A DNA stretch of 64,000 nucleotides from Mycoplasmatota bacterium (lineage in GTDB: Bacteria; Bacillota_I; Bacilli_A; MAG-NZ). Shown here piece by piece: positions 30,782 through 41,905 of this stretch. The first letter of the stretch is position 1; each line of letters opens with the position of its first letter. The translations under genes were made by a program, and so were the position numbers. Below the pieces are notes generated by a model that was not told the DNA's origin, searched no databases, and was given only the letters and a program-made list of their open reading frames with translations. The stretch spans positions 1,520,615 to 1,584,614 of the forward strand of contig CP074575.1 in the NCBI GenBank assembly GCA_018394315.1, given 5' to 3'.

Positions 30782-31178
30782 GAAGATTTATGAACTGAAG
30801 GATTTAAACGAAAGAAAAGTTATCAATTCTAAGATTAATCAAAAAACGAGATTGATAATGGCTACACAAGCAGTTATTATTTCAATACTATTTACATCTA
30901 TTTTCCATGCAATAACTATTAATATGATGATTTTAATGGTACTATATAAATCAATTGGACTTTTAATTACGCTATTTGTGTTTATATTTTTTATTATGAT
31001 GACCTTATCATACGCTGAAGATATTTACTACGTATTACTTAATAAGAAAAATCTTATAGACAGTTCAATTGATATAAAATCTTTTAGAATAAATGGATTC
31101 AAGCAAAATATTATTTTAGGAACTGCATTAAGCTTAGTTCTAAGTATAATCACATATGTGATTTTAATACTAATATAG
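30762..31178 (+). CDS. Hypothetical membrane protein
   Basis: About three hydrophobic helices; inside an operon. Confidence 0.6.
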   Translation: MVMKMLKKIYELKDLNERKVINSKINQKTRLIMATQAVIISILFTSIFHAITINMMILMVLYKSIGLLITLFVFIFFIMMTLSYAEDIYYVLLNKKNLIDSSIDIKSFRINGFKQNIILGTALSLVLSIITYVILILI

Positions 31179-31188
31179 GGGTGAAAGA

Positions 31189-31641
31189 ATGTTATATGGA
31201 TTTATATTAATAATTGCATTAGTTGCACTTGATCAAGTGACAAAAATAATTGTAAGTTCAAATCTAGAATTAGGACAAAGTATTACTGTTATAGATGGTT
31301 TATTTGATATTACTTATCATACTAACAGTGGGGCTGCATGGAGTATTTTTAGAGGGCAGATGTTGTTTTTTTATTTGATTACTATCGTAGCATTGTTGAT
31401 TTTTGGATATTATTTTAAGTCGATAAATTTTAAAAGTAAGAAGTTATATTCATTTGGTATTTCTATAATTATAGCGGGTACATTAGGCAATTTCATTGAT
31501 CGTTTAAGAATAAAGCATGTTATAGATTTTTTAGATTTCAATATCTTTGGTTATGATTTTCCAGTCTTCAATGTTGCAGATATTTGCTTAAATATAGGAG
31601 TTGCATTGTTTCTTATTGCAATAGTATTTTTCGATGACTAA
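31189..31641 (+). CDS. lspA: Lipoprotein signal peptidase
   Basis: DQVTK, NSGAAWS, GNFIDR, VIDF, FNVAD. Confidence 0.97.
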   Translation: MLYGFILIIALVALDQVTKIIVSSNLELGQSITVIDGLFDITYHTNSGAAWSIFRGQMLFFYLITIVALLIFGYYFKSINFKSKKLYSFGISIIIAGTLGNFIDRLRIKHVIDFLDFNIFGYDFPVFNVADICLNIGVALFLIAIVFFDD

Positions 31642-32536
31642 GATAATTGTAAAAGAAGGAAACCAAAGAATTGATAAATTTCTATCTATAGAACTTGGCT
31701 TTTCTAGAATGAAGATAAAGAAAATGCTGGATAATCAACTTATAATAGTAAACGACGACATTGTAAAACCTAATTACAAAACTAAAATTGGTGATGAAAT
31801 AATAATTAATGAACTTGTTGAAGAAGAAATCAAAGTAGAAGCAAAAAATATACCCATAAATATAATCTATGAAGACAAAGACATTATTGTTGTTAACAAA
31901 GAGTCAGGTATGGTTGTTCATCCGTCACATGGTCATTGGGATGATACGCTAGTCAATGCTTTAATGTATCATTGTGATGATTTATCGGAAATAAATGGAA
32001 TAATTAGACCAGGTATAGTCCATAGAATTGATAAGGATACATCAGGACTATTAATGGTTGCTAAGAATGATACATCTCATCAGCATTTAGCAAAGCAATT
32101 ATTTGAAAAAACCGTAAATAGAGAATATATAGCATTACTCCACGGAATTGTTCCTCATGATCATGGAAAAATAAATGCACCAATTGGAAGAGATCCGAAA
32201 GATAGAAAGAAAATGACAGTTATCGGAAATGGAAGAGATGCAGTAACTCATTTTACTGTATTGGAAAGATTTGATGAATTCACTTTAATAAAGTGCAAGC
32301 TTGAAACTGGAAGGACTCATCAGATAAGAGTTCATTTGAAATACATTGGTTATCCATTGGTTGGAGATACAATGTATGGGAGAAGAAAAGTAATAGGAAA
32401 TAACGGTCAATTCTTACATGCAAAAGTTCTTGGGTTTACTCATCCAACGACAAATCAATATTTAGAGTTTAATAGTGAATTACCCGAATGGTTTAATAAA
32501 TATATTGAAGATATTCGAATAAAGAGCACATTTTAA
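31634..32536 (+). CDS. RluA/RluD family pseudouridine synthase
   Basis: S4 domain, RPGIVHRIDKDTSG, TGRTHQIRVH. Confidence 0.95.
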   Translation: MTKIIVKEGNQRIDKFLSIELGFSRMKIKKMLDNQLIIVNDDIVKPNYKTKIGDEIIINELVEEEIKVEAKNIPINIIYEDKDIIVVNKESGMVVHPSHGHWDDTLVNALMYHCDDLSEINGIIRPGIVHRIDKDTSGLLMVAKNDTSHQHLAKQLFEKTVNREYIALLHGIVPHDHGKINAPIGRDPKDRKKMTVIGNGRDAVTHFTVLERFDEFTLIKCKLETGRTHQIRVHLKYIGYPLVGDTMYGRRKVIGNNGQFLHAKVLGFTHPTTNQYLEFNSELPEWFNKYIEDIRIKSTF

Positions 32537-32595
32537 TGTGTTTTTTTTATGATTGTAAATATAGATTATTACTGGATTGATAATTTGTTATATAG

Positions 32596-32703
32596 ATAAT
32601 ACACTTCAAATATAGTATTTTTTTCAATGAAGCTAAATGTACGGATTGTGGAGGATGTAGTAAACTCAATATATGTCCTATCAAAGCAATTGTAGAAATA
32701 TAA
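32596..32703 (+). pseudogene. 4Fe-4S binding domain relic
   Basis: Reads ..FNEAKCTDCGGCSKLNICPIKAIVEI*; no start codon after the in-frame TAG at 32593-32595. Confidence 0.7.
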
Positions 32704-32988
32704 AATTAAGATTTTGAAAATCCGTTATACGAAAGGGTAGAGGGGGTTACATGAATTTTTTTACACCCATTGTTAAGGATTGAATTTATTATAACTGGGT
32801 TTTCTTCACATATAAAACTTGTTTAGATAGATTATATCTTCTTGATACTTATTCTAATAATACAAGGTAAGTAAATCTGTTATTTAGCTTTTATACAATT
32901 ATTTTCTATATCGTATGTAATAATAAGGTAATTCAACTAATTATAAGCAATAAAAAAGTGTAATCTAAATCATGATTACACCGTTTTC

Positions 32989-33492
32989 TTACTCTCCTGT
33001 AGGTGGAACAAATGTTCTTTGAGCTACTTCTTGATCTAATAAATATAAACCTGCGTCCTTAACAAGTTTGATTTTACTTATAATATTAGCAACAGATTCC
33101 TCTTCTTCTAATTGTTCATCTATAAACCACTGAAGGAAAGAAGTAGTTGCATATTCCTTTTCTTCATGAGCGATAGACATCAAATCATAAATTCTACTTG
33201 TTACTAATTGCTCGTGCTCTAATGATTTTTCATAAACTGATAATAATGATGGATAATCATTTTCTGGATTCTCGAATCCAGTAATTATTATTCTTCCGCC
33301 CTTTGAAGAAATAAACTTAAAGAATTTTTTGGCATGGAAAAGTTCTTCCTCATATTGTACTAAGAACCAATTTTCGAATCCTTCAAGGCCTAACTCAGCA
33401 CAATATCCAGCCATTGCTAAATATATATGTGCCGAATAAATTTCAAAGTTCATTTGATCATTTAATGCTTTTTCTAATCTTTTAGTTAACAT
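32989..33492 (-). CDS. ftnA: Ferritin
   Basis: QMNFEIYS, YLAMA, QYEEELFHA, FLQWFIDEQLEEE; RBS GGAGG. Confidence 0.95.
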   Translation of the reverse strand: MLTKRLEKALNDQMNFEIYSAHIYLAMAGYCAELGLEGFENWFLVQYEEELFHAKKFFKFISSKGGRIIITGFENPENDYPSLLSVYEKSLEHEQLVTSRIYDLMSIAHEEKEYATTSFLQWFIDEQLEEEESVANIISKIKLVKDAGLYLLDQEVAQRTFVPPTGE

Positions 33493-33518
33493 ATTTCCTC
33501 CTTGTTTTGACATTTATA

Positions 33519-34382
33519 TTATAACAAATTTTCATTAATTATTCTTGCTTTTGGTAGATTTTTGAAATTTAATTTAGCAACATTTACTAAAAAATCTTCG
33601 CCTTTTTCTAAAAGTATTTTTGCTGCTAATTTATCTACTTCGTTAGAAGCGCCTTTAATAAATTCATAACCATAATCCTTGCTCATTTTATCCCATAATC
33701 TTAAGAAGTAGTATCGTGCTAATATTGAAGCGGTAGCTACTGCTATATACTTAGACTCAGCTTTAGTTTCGAATATGATGTTTCTAAAAACTGTTACCTC
33801 ATCTTTTAAATACTTCCAGTAGTTTGCTTCAGAAGCAAATTGATCAAGAATAACTTTATCACACTTCACATCTGTTGTTAGTTGATTAAGTGCTCTATTG
33901 TGCATTAGAGCTTTAATTTTGTTCATATTATTACCCGATTCTTGAAGTTTATTATAATAGAAGTTATTCAAGAATACCTTTTTATGTGTAATGATTTTAG
34001 CAATTTTAGGTCCAATTTTTAAGATTTTTTGGTCAGTTAATTTTTTCGAGTCATTCACTCCGAAGTCTGTTAATTGCTCTATTTGCGATTCATTTACATA
34101 TGCACTTACTACAACGATTGGTCCGAAAAAATCTCCAGTTCCTACTTCGTCAGAGCCAATAGTTGAAATATCGCTTTTGAAGTATTCTCTCCAATTATTA
34201 TACTCGCTTTCAGCAATTGGACCTTGAAACATAACTTTTCCTGAAGTAAAAGCTGTAATGGTTACAGCAGCAGATTTTGACATAAAATAAACGTAATCTG
34301 TAGGTGAAGTTACTAGGTTGTCCGAGTAATGTTCTTTTATTTTGATAAGGTCTTTTTCTTTTACAGTTAGTATAAAATTCAT
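33519..34382 (-). CDS. rnhC: Ribonuclease HIII
   Basis: N-terminal TBP-like domain (SGKVMFQG), GSDEVGTGDFFGP, DSKKL, LDQF. Confidence 0.96.
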   Translation of the reverse strand: MNFILTVKEKDLIKIKEHYSDNLVTSPTDYVYFMSKSAAVTITAFTSGKVMFQGPIAESEYNNWREYFKSDISTIGSDEVGTGDFFGPIVVVSAYVNESQIEQLTDFGVNDSKKLTDQKILKIGPKIAKIITHKKVFLNNFYYNKLQESGNNMNKIKALMHNRALNQLTTDVKCDKVILDQFASEANYWKYLKDEVTVFRNIIFETKAESKYIAVATASILARYYFLRLWDKMSKDYGYEFIKGASNEVDKLAAKILLEKGEDFLVNVAKLNFKNLPKARIINENLL

Positions 34383-34467
34383 CTAATCACATCCCGCCTA
34401 TCATTTTAACAAAGATTTTGATAAAATAATAGTGATTTAACCGTTATAAATAATATGAGGTATATGT

Positions 34468-36783
34468 ATGAACGCTGATATAAAGACATTAGAATTTGAT
34501 AAGGTACTAAATAATATAAAGAATTATGCTGTTTCAGATTTAGCTAAGGAAGCTGTGTTAAATTTGTATCCATCAAATGACTGTAATACTATAATTAAAT
34601 TATTAGATAAAACTGATGAAGCGTTAGTCCTAATATATAAACTAGGCGATGCTCCACTTGGAAATATCTATAATATTTATCCACATCTAAAAAGGGTTGA
34701 AATAGATGGTGTTTTGAGTTCTAAAGAAATAAGAGAAATCTCAATGCATTTATTAGCTGTGAGTCATAATAAACAATTTTTACTAAGGGCAAAGTCTGAG
34801 AATATTGAAACCGTATTTTATAAACAACAAGTTGACCAACTAGTATATATTAAAGAATTATATCAAAATATTAATCGTTGTATAGATGAAGATAGCAATA
34901 TTTTAGATTCTGCATCTTTTGAACTTGCAAGGATAAGATCGAAAATAAAAAGTGCTCAATCTAAAGTAGAAGAAAAACTCCAGTCGATAAAGAGTAAAAA
35001 TTCCATTATGTTAACTGACGGAATTATTACTAGAAGAAATGATAGATTTGTTGTACCTGTTAAATTAGAATATAAAAATAAGTTTAAGGGTATCATCCAA
35101 GACTACTCATCATCTGGTGAAACTGTGTTCATTGAACCCCAAGCAGTAGTTGAGTTAACCAACAAGATTCAAATACTTAAGAATGAAGAAAAGAAGGAAA
35201 TCGAGAAAATATTAATTGAATTATCTGAAGAAATCAAATTATATGTATTTGATTTAAGAAATAATCTTAATATACTTGTTGATATAGATGTTACCTTTGC
35301 TAAAGCGAAATTTGGTAGAGGTTTTGATTGTACAAAGCCTTTGGTTGGAAAAGAGCTAGAATTAATTCAAGCTAGACATCCATTACTACCTAAAGATGAA
35401 GTAGTTCCAAATGATATTCATTTCAATCAATATAAAGTTATAATAATAACAGGTCCTAATACTGGTGGTAAAACTGTTGCCCTAAAAACCTTAGGATTAC
35501 TATCAATTATGGCTCAAAGTGGTATCTTAATACCTGTTAAAGAAGGATCTAAGATTATAATATTCGATAACATATTTGCTGATATAGGGGATGAACAAAG
35601 TATAGAACAAAGCTTGTCAACTTTTTCTAGTCACATGAAAAATATAATTAGAATAACAGATTTGCTGACGACCGATTCGTTAGTTTTACTAGACGAGTTA
35701 GGTTCAGGTACCGATCCTAAAGAAGGAGCTTCATTAGCAATATCTATCCTTGAATACATTAAAGCTCGTGGAACGTACATTATGGCTACAACTCATTATC
35801 CCGAACTTAAAGCTTATGCATACAATAACATTGATGTCGTTAATGCATCTACAAAGTTCGATATTGATACTTTGTCACCTACTTATAAACTTTCAATAGG
35901 AATTCCTGGTAGATCTAATGCTTTTGAAATCAGTCGTAGGTTAGGACTAAATAATAAGATAATTGAAAACGCCATAAATCACGTGGATATTAACAACACG
36001 GAAATTAGTATACTTATTAATAAACTAGAGGATCAATCTAGGTATTTAGAAGATAAAATTAATCTTCATGAGGAAGAAAGAGAAAAATTGATAAGAACAG
36101 AATCTGAGATTCAATCAAAAGTTGAGTCATTTGAAAAAGATAATCTTAAATTAAAGAATATTGCTAAAGAAGAAGCTAAGAATATTATAGAGCAAGCAAA
36201 AAAAGAAAGTCAAAAAATTATAGATAATTTGCTCAATTATAAGGAAGAAGTAAAACTACATAAGTTGATTGAACAAAAATCAGCATTAAATAAATTAAGT
36301 GACCAGTTTAATAAAGAAAAAAAGGTATCAACTAGAAAGCAAGAATTTTCTATAGGAGATAAAGTTAAGGTTTTATCATATGGTCAAACAGCTACTATTA
36401 CAAAGGTACTACCTAAAAATAATTTTGAAGTGAAGATGGGTATATTAACCACGACAGTTCATAACAAGGATTTAGAATTCATTGAAAAGAAAAGAAAAAA
36501 GAAAACTAAATCAATTGTTACTTATCATGGTAAAAAGAATGTTAGACTTGAATTAGACTTAAGAGGTTATCGTTTTGAAGATGCTATGATTGAACTCGAA
36601 AAATATATTGATAATCTTATTGTTAGTAAAGTTAAGAGTGCAAGCATTATACATGGACACGGAACAAACGCTCTAAAATTTGGTGTTCAAGAATTTTTGA
36701 AGAATAATAAATACATTAAAAATTATAGATACGGGAAAGGTGGAGAAGGTGGTTCTGGAGTCACTGTCATAGAAATTAATTAA
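34468..36783 (+). CDS. mutS2: MutS2 family protein
   Basis: TGPNTGGKT, DIGDEQSIEQSLSTFS, Smr domain LDLRG..IIHGHG. Confidence 0.97.
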   Translation: MNADIKTLEFDKVLNNIKNYAVSDLAKEAVLNLYPSNDCNTIIKLLDKTDEALVLIYKLGDAPLGNIYNIYPHLKRVEIDGVLSSKEIREISMHLLAVSHNKQFLLRAKSENIETVFYKQQVDQLVYIKELYQNINRCIDEDSNILDSASFELARIRSKIKSAQSKVEEKLQSIKSKNSIMLTDGIITRRNDRFVVPVKLEYKNKFKGIIQDYSSSGETVFIEPQAVVELTNKIQILKNEEKKEIEKILIELSEEIKLYVFDLRNNLNILVDIDVTFAKAKFGRGFDCTKPLVGKELELIQARHPLLPKDEVVPNDIHFNQYKVIIITGPNTGGKTVALKTLGLLSIMAQSGILIPVKEGSKIIIFDNIFADIGDEQSIEQSLSTFSSHMKNIIRITDLLTTDSLVLLDELGSGTDPKEGASLAISILEYIKARGTYIMATTHYPELKAYAYNNIDVVNASTKFDIDTLSPTYKLSIGIPGRSNAFEISRRLGLNNKIIENAINHVDINNTEISILINKLEDQSRYLEDKINLHEEEREKLIRTESEIQSKVESFEKDNLKLKNIAKEEAKNIIEQAKKESQKIIDNLLNYKEEVKLHKLIEQKSALNKLSDQFNKEKKVSTRKQEFSIGDKVKVLSYGQTATITKVLPKNNFEVKMGILTTTVHNKDLEFIEKKRKKKTKSIVTYHGKKNVRLELDLRGYRFEDAMIELEKYIDNLIVSKVKSASIIHGHGTNALKFGVQEFLKNNKYIKNYRYGKGGEGGSGVTVIEIN

Positions 36784-36852
36784 GTGTATAATTGTTGAAT
36801 AGAGTATTAAAGAATTGTATAATAAACTATAATTTAAAAACGGAGGAAAAGA

Positions 36853-37161
36853 ATGTTAATTCAAGTTAATAATGAAAACTTTAAAGCAGAAACTTCTAGT
36901 GGTGTGACGTTGGTTGATTTTTACGCTGATTGGTGTGGTCCATGTAAGATGATTGCCCCTATTTTAGAAGAAATTGCTAATGACAGAAATGATTTCAACA
37001 TTTTGAAACTGAATGTAGATGAAAATAGAGAAATTTCAATGCAATATGGTGTAAGTAGTATCCCTACTTTACTTGTTTTAAAAGATGGTGTGGAAGTTGG
37101 TAGACATATAGGATTTGCTCCTAAGCCTGCCTTAATTCAAATAGTTGAGAAACATTTATAA
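36853..37161 (+). CDS. trxA: Thioredoxin
   Basis: WCGPC. Confidence 0.97.
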   Translation: MLIQVNNENFKAETSSGVTLVDFYADWCGPCKMIAPILEEIANDRNDFNILKLNVDENREISMQYGVSSIPTLLVLKDGVEVGRHIGFAPKPALIQIVEKHL

Positions 37162-37210
37162 GAAGGAGACACTGTCTCTTTTTTAAATTATAAATATAAG
37201 AGGAAACTTT

Positions 37211-38077
37211 ATGAACGGAATAATACTATTAAATAAACCTAGTGGAATGACTTCACATGATTGTGTAGATAGAGTCAGAAAGATTTTTTCAACAAAGAAG
37301 GTTGGACATACTGGAACTTTAGATCCAGAAACTACTGGAGTTTTACCGATTTGTCTTAATAAAGCAACTAAAGTAGTTTCGTATTTAACTGAATTTGATA
37401 AAGAGTATATATGTAAAATTAGAATTGGGTATTCAACAGATACTGAAGATTTTACAGGGAGTACTCTTGAATCAAAAGATGTATCTGTAGATTCAATAAA
37501 AAATGTAGATTCAATTCTTGAGAAATTACTTTCTATTGAAGAACAAATTCCTCCTATGTATAGTGCTGTAAAAGTAAATGGAAAGAAACTATATGAATAT
37601 GCAAGAGAAGGAAAAAAAGTAAAGAGAAGTCCACGAAAAATTAAAATATATAAGGTTGAAAGATTGAGCGAAATCACATATAATAATAATTGTGCTGAAT
37701 TTGATTTTAAAATATCCGGAAGTAAAGGGTTTTATGTTAGGACTATTTGTGTGACTATTGGTGAAATGTTAGGTTACCCTGCACATATGGCAGATTTAAA
37801 AAGAACTAAAGCGGGGAAGTTTGATGTTTCCAATTCTTATTCTTTCGAAGATATTGAATCAGGCAATTATAATTTAATATCAATAATAGATGCACTTGAT
37901 TACCCTAAAATAGAAGTTGATGAGTACTTATATTATAGAATTATGAATGGATCGGTTCTTAAAAACATTTATAATATAACTAGTACAATTATGTTTTGTA
38001 GGAATAATGAAGCTTTAGCTTTATATGCACCACATCCGACAAAAGAAGGGATGGTAAAACCAATTAAGGTATTTTAG
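37211..38077 (+). CDS. truB: tRNA pseudouridine(55) synthase
   Basis: KVGHTGTLDP, PPMYSAVK, SKGFYVR. Confidence 0.97.
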   Translation: MNGIILLNKPSGMTSHDCVDRVRKIFSTKKVGHTGTLDPETTGVLPICLNKATKVVSYLTEFDKEYICKIRIGYSTDTEDFTGSTLESKDVSVDSIKNVDSILEKLLSIEEQIPPMYSAVKVNGKKLYEYAREGKKVKRSPRKIKIYKVERLSEITYNNNCAEFDFKISGSKGFYVRTICVTIGEMLGYPAHMADLKRTKAGKFDVSNSYSFEDIESGNYNLISIIDALDYPKIEVDEYLYYRIMNGSVLKNIYNITSTIMFCRNNEALALYAPHPTKEGMVKPIKVF

Positions 38078-38080
38078 ATT

Positions 38081-39028
38081 ATGGAAGTAGTAAGAATAAA
38101 TTTAGAAACTAATATTAATTCTATTCCTGAAGGATTAGTTGTAGCATTAGGTTATTTTGATGGAATACATAATGCACATATGGACCTAATAAATAGAGTA
38201 ATTAAAGTTGGTAAAGATGAGGATTTGAAGACTGGGATTGTTACTTTTCATCCACATCCATCTTTTGTATTAAATAAGGATGATATTACTAATTTTTTAA
38301 CACCGTTAGAGATAAAGTTGGAATTAATTGAAAAAATAGATATAGATTATGTCTTTATAATTGAATTTGATTTAGAAACAGCTAAAATCAAGCATAAGGA
38401 ATTCGTGGAAAAATTCTTCGTACCGCTGAATATTAAACATGTTGTTGCTGGATTTGACAATCGATATGGACATATGGGCGAGGGAAGTATAAACACACTA
38501 GAATCTGATTCTAACTATACTATACAAATTATAGTTATTAATGAAAGAACGTATAATGGAAAAAAAATAGGCTCGTCTTATATTAGAGAACTATTAAAAA
38601 AAGGTAGAGTAAATATAATTAAGGATATATTAGGTAGATTCTATTCAATCGATGGTTTTGTTACCCACGGTCGAGGTAGAGGAAAATCTATTGGTGTTCC
38701 CACGGCAAACTTAGCTTTAAAATATCCATATTCTGTCCCTAAAAAAGGAGTATATGTTGTTAAAGTTTTTCATGATGATAATATTTATTACGGTATCTGT
38801 AATATAGGAAACAATCCTACTTTCAACTATAATAAGAATAAAACTATTGAAATAAATATCTTGAATTTTGACAAGGACATTTATGGAGATTATTTAAAAA
38901 TTGAATTTATAGATAGAATAAGATCAGAGCTTAAATTTAACACTATTGAAGAATTAGTGCTTCAAATTGAGAAAGACAAAAAATACGCTAATAATACTAT
39001 TGACAATATTCACTTTACAAATATATAG
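38081..39028 (+). CDS. ribF: Riboflavin kinase / FAD synthetase
   Basis: GYFDGIHNAH, SSYIR, GVPTANL, NIGNNPTF. Confidence 0.96.
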   Translation: MEVVRINLETNINSIPEGLVVALGYFDGIHNAHMDLINRVIKVGKDEDLKTGIVTFHPHPSFVLNKDDITNFLTPLEIKLELIEKIDIDYVFIIEFDLETAKIKHKEFVEKFFVPLNIKHVVAGFDNRYGHMGEGSINTLESDSNYTIQIIVINERTYNGKKIGSSYIRELLKKGRVNIIKDILGRFYSIDGFVTHGRGRGKSIGVPTANLALKYPYSVPKKGVYVVKVFHDDNIYYGICNIGNNPTFNYNKNKTIEINILNFDKDIYGDYLKIEFIDRIRSELKFNTIEELVLQIEKDKKYANNTIDNIHFTNI

Positions 39029-39049
39029 AATTGATTTATAATATAAACC

Positions 39050-39120
39050 GGTCTAATACGTTGTTCATTGCTCTCCAGCTTTCTACGTTGTATTAGATGA
39101 CAATTTGAAATTAGGAGGAA
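39050..39120 (+). ncRNA. Putative S15 autoregulatory leader
   Basis: TCTAATAC / GTATTAGA stem in the rpsO 5' UTR next to RBS AGGAGG. Confidence 0.55.
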
Positions 39121-39123
39121 ACT

Positions 39124-39396
39124 ATGAGTAATTTAACTAAAGAGCAAAAAGCTAAGATTATTACTGATTATGCAACTTGTGAGAATGATACTGGTTCTCC
39201 AGAGGTACAAGTAGCTGTACTGACTCATGAAATTAATAACTTAAACGATCATTTGAAATCACATATTCATGATTTTCATTCTCGTCGTGGATTATTAAAA
39301 AAAGTTGGTAAACGTCGTAACTTATTAAAATATTTAGCTAAAAAAGATATTCAACGTTATCGTAAGTTAATTAACAGTTTAGGATTAAGAAGATAA
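39124..39396 (+). CDS. rpsO: 30S ribosomal protein S15
   Basis: [25 protein letters not shown]. Confidence 0.99.
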   Translation: MSNLTKEQKAKIITDYATCENDTGSPEVQVAVLTHEINNLNDHLKSHIHDFHSRRGLLKKVGKRRNLLKYLAKKDIQRYRKLINSLGLRR

Positions 39397-39533
39397 TAGC
39401 ACTGTTTATTCAGTGTTATTTTTTTTATTATAAAAAGGAAATAATTGCTAAAACTATATTAAATAGCGGCTAAATATGATATCATTCATAGTGATGTATT
39501 AGTATAAAAAAAATGTAAACAAAGGAGTAACAT

Positions 39534-41678
39534 ATGTCAAAAAAAGTATTTGAGTACCAATTAGCTGGTAGAACATTAACAGTTGAATATGGTGAAGTAG
39601 CTAAGCAAGCTGACTGTGGTTTGTTAGTCAGATTTGATGATACAGTAGTTTTAAGTGTTGCACAGGCATCAAAAAAAGCAACTACCCTAGACTTTTTTCC
39701 ATTAATGGTTATGTATAATGAAAAAATGTATGCAGCTGGAAAAATCCCAGGTGGATTCTTTAAAAGAGAAGGTAGACCATCAACACACGAAACACTTACG
39801 TCTCGTGTAATTGATAGAACATTGCGCCCGTTATTCACGGATGGATTTAGAAATGAAGTCCAAATAATCAATACTGTTTTATGTTCAAACCCTGATAACA
39901 CACCTGAAATGACAGCTTTATTTGGTTCTAGTTTAGCATTAACAATTTCTGATATTCCATTTGAAGGTCCAGTAGCTGGTGTTATTGTAGGTAGAGTTGA
40001 TGGAGAATTTATTATAAATCCAACAGAAGAACAATTAGAACAATCTGATATAGATTTAACTGTTTCAGGAACATATGAAGCTATCAATATGGTAGAAGCT
40101 GGTGCTAAACAAGTCTCTGAAGAAGATATGCTAGATGCAATTCTATTTGGTCATGAAGAGATAAAAAGACTAACTAAATTTATTGAAGAGATTAGAAATG
40201 AAGTTGGAAAAGAAAAACGAATTATAGAAGTTTTCCAAGTAGATGAGGAAACTGCTGATAAAGTAGTAAAAATCGCCGAAGATAGAATAATAGAAGCAGT
40301 AAAAATTCAAGAAAAACACGCAAGAAGCGATGCTATTGATGAAATTAAATCTGAAGTTATTGAATCTTTTACTACAGAAAATGTAGAAGAAAGTATCCTT
40401 AAATCAGTTAAAAAGACTTTAGATAAAATTGTTAAATCTGAAGTAAGAAGACTTATAACGATTGATAAGATAAGACCTGACGGAAGAAAAACAGATGAGA
40501 TTAGACCACTAGACTCTCAAATTGATATCTTACCTAGAACGCACGGTTCTGCATTATTTACAAGAGGTCAAACACAATGTTTATCAGTTGCTACACTTGG
40601 TGCTTTAGGTGAACATCAAATTATTGATGGTTTAAGTGAAAGCGAAACTTATAAAAGATTTATGCTTCATTATAACTTCCCACTATATAGTGTTGGGGAG
40701 ACTGGAAGATACGGTGGTGCAGGTCGTAGAGAGATCGGACACGGAATGCTAGGTGAAAGAGCAATAAGCATGGTAATGCCGGATGAAGAAAAATTCCCAT
40801 ATACAGTGAGAATTGTATCTGAAATATTAGAATCTAATGGTTCAACTTCTCAAGCAAGTATTTGTGCTGGGACTATGAGTTTAATGGCAGCTGGTGTACC
40901 AATAGAAGCTCCTGTAGCAGGAATCGCTATGGGATTAATATCTGATGGTGAAAACTATACAATATTAAGTGATATTCAAGGTATGGAAGATCACTTAGGT
41001 GATATGGATTTCAAAGTTGCGGGAACTGCTAAAGGAATAACTGCGTTACAAATGGACATCAAGATTTCTGGGTTAAGTAAAGAAATCCTTAAAGAAGCCT
41101 TAATGCAAGCTAAAGTTGGTAGAGCTCAAATTTTGAAAAACATGACTGATTGTATTGAAAACCCAAGATCTGAAGTAAGTGAATTTGCACCAAAAGTAAT
41201 GATTACATCAATTAATCCAGATAAGATTAGAGACGTAATTGGTCCTGGTGGTAAAATGATTACCGAAATTATTGAAAAATCTGATGGTGTTAAGATTGAT
41301 ATTGAGCAAGATGGTAAGGTAATCATAATGCATCATAGTTTAGAACCAATCAAAAATGCACTTAAGTTAATAGAAGATATAGTTAGAGAAGTTGAAATAG
41401 GAAAGAAATATTTAGGAAAAGTAGTTAGAGTAGAAAAGTTTGGTTGCTTTATTGAGTTGTGGCCTGGAATGGAAGGACTATGTCATATTTCAAAACTAGA
41501 TCACAAACGTGTTGATAAGGTAGAAGATGTTGTTAAAGTTGGGGATAGAATCACAATCAAAGCTATTCAGTTTGATGATCGTGGTAGGCTTGATTTATCT
41601 AGAAAAGCTACTTTACCAAGACCAGAGAAAAATGGAAAAGCTCAAAAGGAATCTGCTACTAAGGAGGAAAATAAGTGA
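39534..41678 (+). CDS. pnp: Polyribonucleotide nucleotidyltransferase
   Basis: [30 protein letters not shown] and S1 domains. Confidence 0.99.
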   Translation: MSKKVFEYQLAGRTLTVEYGEVAKQADCGLLVRFDDTVVLSVAQASKKATTLDFFPLMVMYNEKMYAAGKIPGGFFKREGRPSTHETLTSRVIDRTLRPLFTDGFRNEVQIINTVLCSNPDNTPEMTALFGSSLALTISDIPFEGPVAGVIVGRVDGEFIINPTEEQLEQSDIDLTVSGTYEAINMVEAGAKQVSEEDMLDAILFGHEEIKRLTKFIEEIRNEVGKEKRIIEVFQVDEETADKVVKIAEDRIIEAVKIQEKHARSDAIDEIKSEVIESFTTENVEESILKSVKKTLDKIVKSEVRRLITIDKIRPDGRKTDEIRPLDSQIDILPRTHGSALFTRGQTQCLSVATLGALGEHQIIDGLSESETYKRFMLHYNFPLYSVGETGRYGGAGRREIGHGMLGERAISMVMPDEEKFPYTVRIVSEILESNGSTSQASICAGTMSLMAAGVPIEAPVAGIAMGLISDGENYTILSDIQGMEDHLGDMDFKVAGTAKGITALQMDIKISGLSKEILKEALMQAKVGRAQILKNMTDCIENPRSEVSEFAPKVMITSINPDKIRDVIGPGGKMITEIIEKSDGVKIDIEQDGKVIIMHHSLEPIKNALKLIEDIVREVEIGKKYLGKVVRVEKFGCFIELWPGMEGLCHISKLDHKRVDKVEDVVKVGDRITIKAIQFDDRGRLDLSRKATLPRPEKNGKAQKESATKEENK

Positions 41679-41842
41679 ACATAGTTTGTCAATGTATGCA
41701 AGTTGATGAGGAAACAATTGTAGCTAAAATTAAAGATGGCGCTAATACAGTTGAAAAAATCCAAGAAGAAACATCAGCTGGTACTGGATGTGGAGGATGT
41801 ATTCCACAACTAGAAGAATTAATTGAAAAACACGCAAAATAA
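41675..41842 (+). CDS. BFD-like [2Fe-2S] protein, 55 aa (not in ORF track)
   Basis: RBS AAGGAGG; GTG overlaps the pnp stop; [10 protein letters not shown]...[16 protein letters not shown]. Confidence 0.9.
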   Translation: MNIVCQCMQVDEETIVAKIKDGANTVEKIQEETSAGTGCGGCIPQLEELIEKHAK

Positions 41843-41847
41843 AATAT

Positions 41848-41883
41848 AAAGCCTTAAATCTTGAAGATTTTAAGGCTTTTTTT
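41848..41883. terminator. Intrinsic (likely bidirectional) terminator
   Basis: AAAGCCTTAAATCTT / AAGATTTTAAGGCTTTTTTT. Confidence 0.8.
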
Positions 41884-41905
41884 AAAATTTAGATTTAATA
41901 AATAA

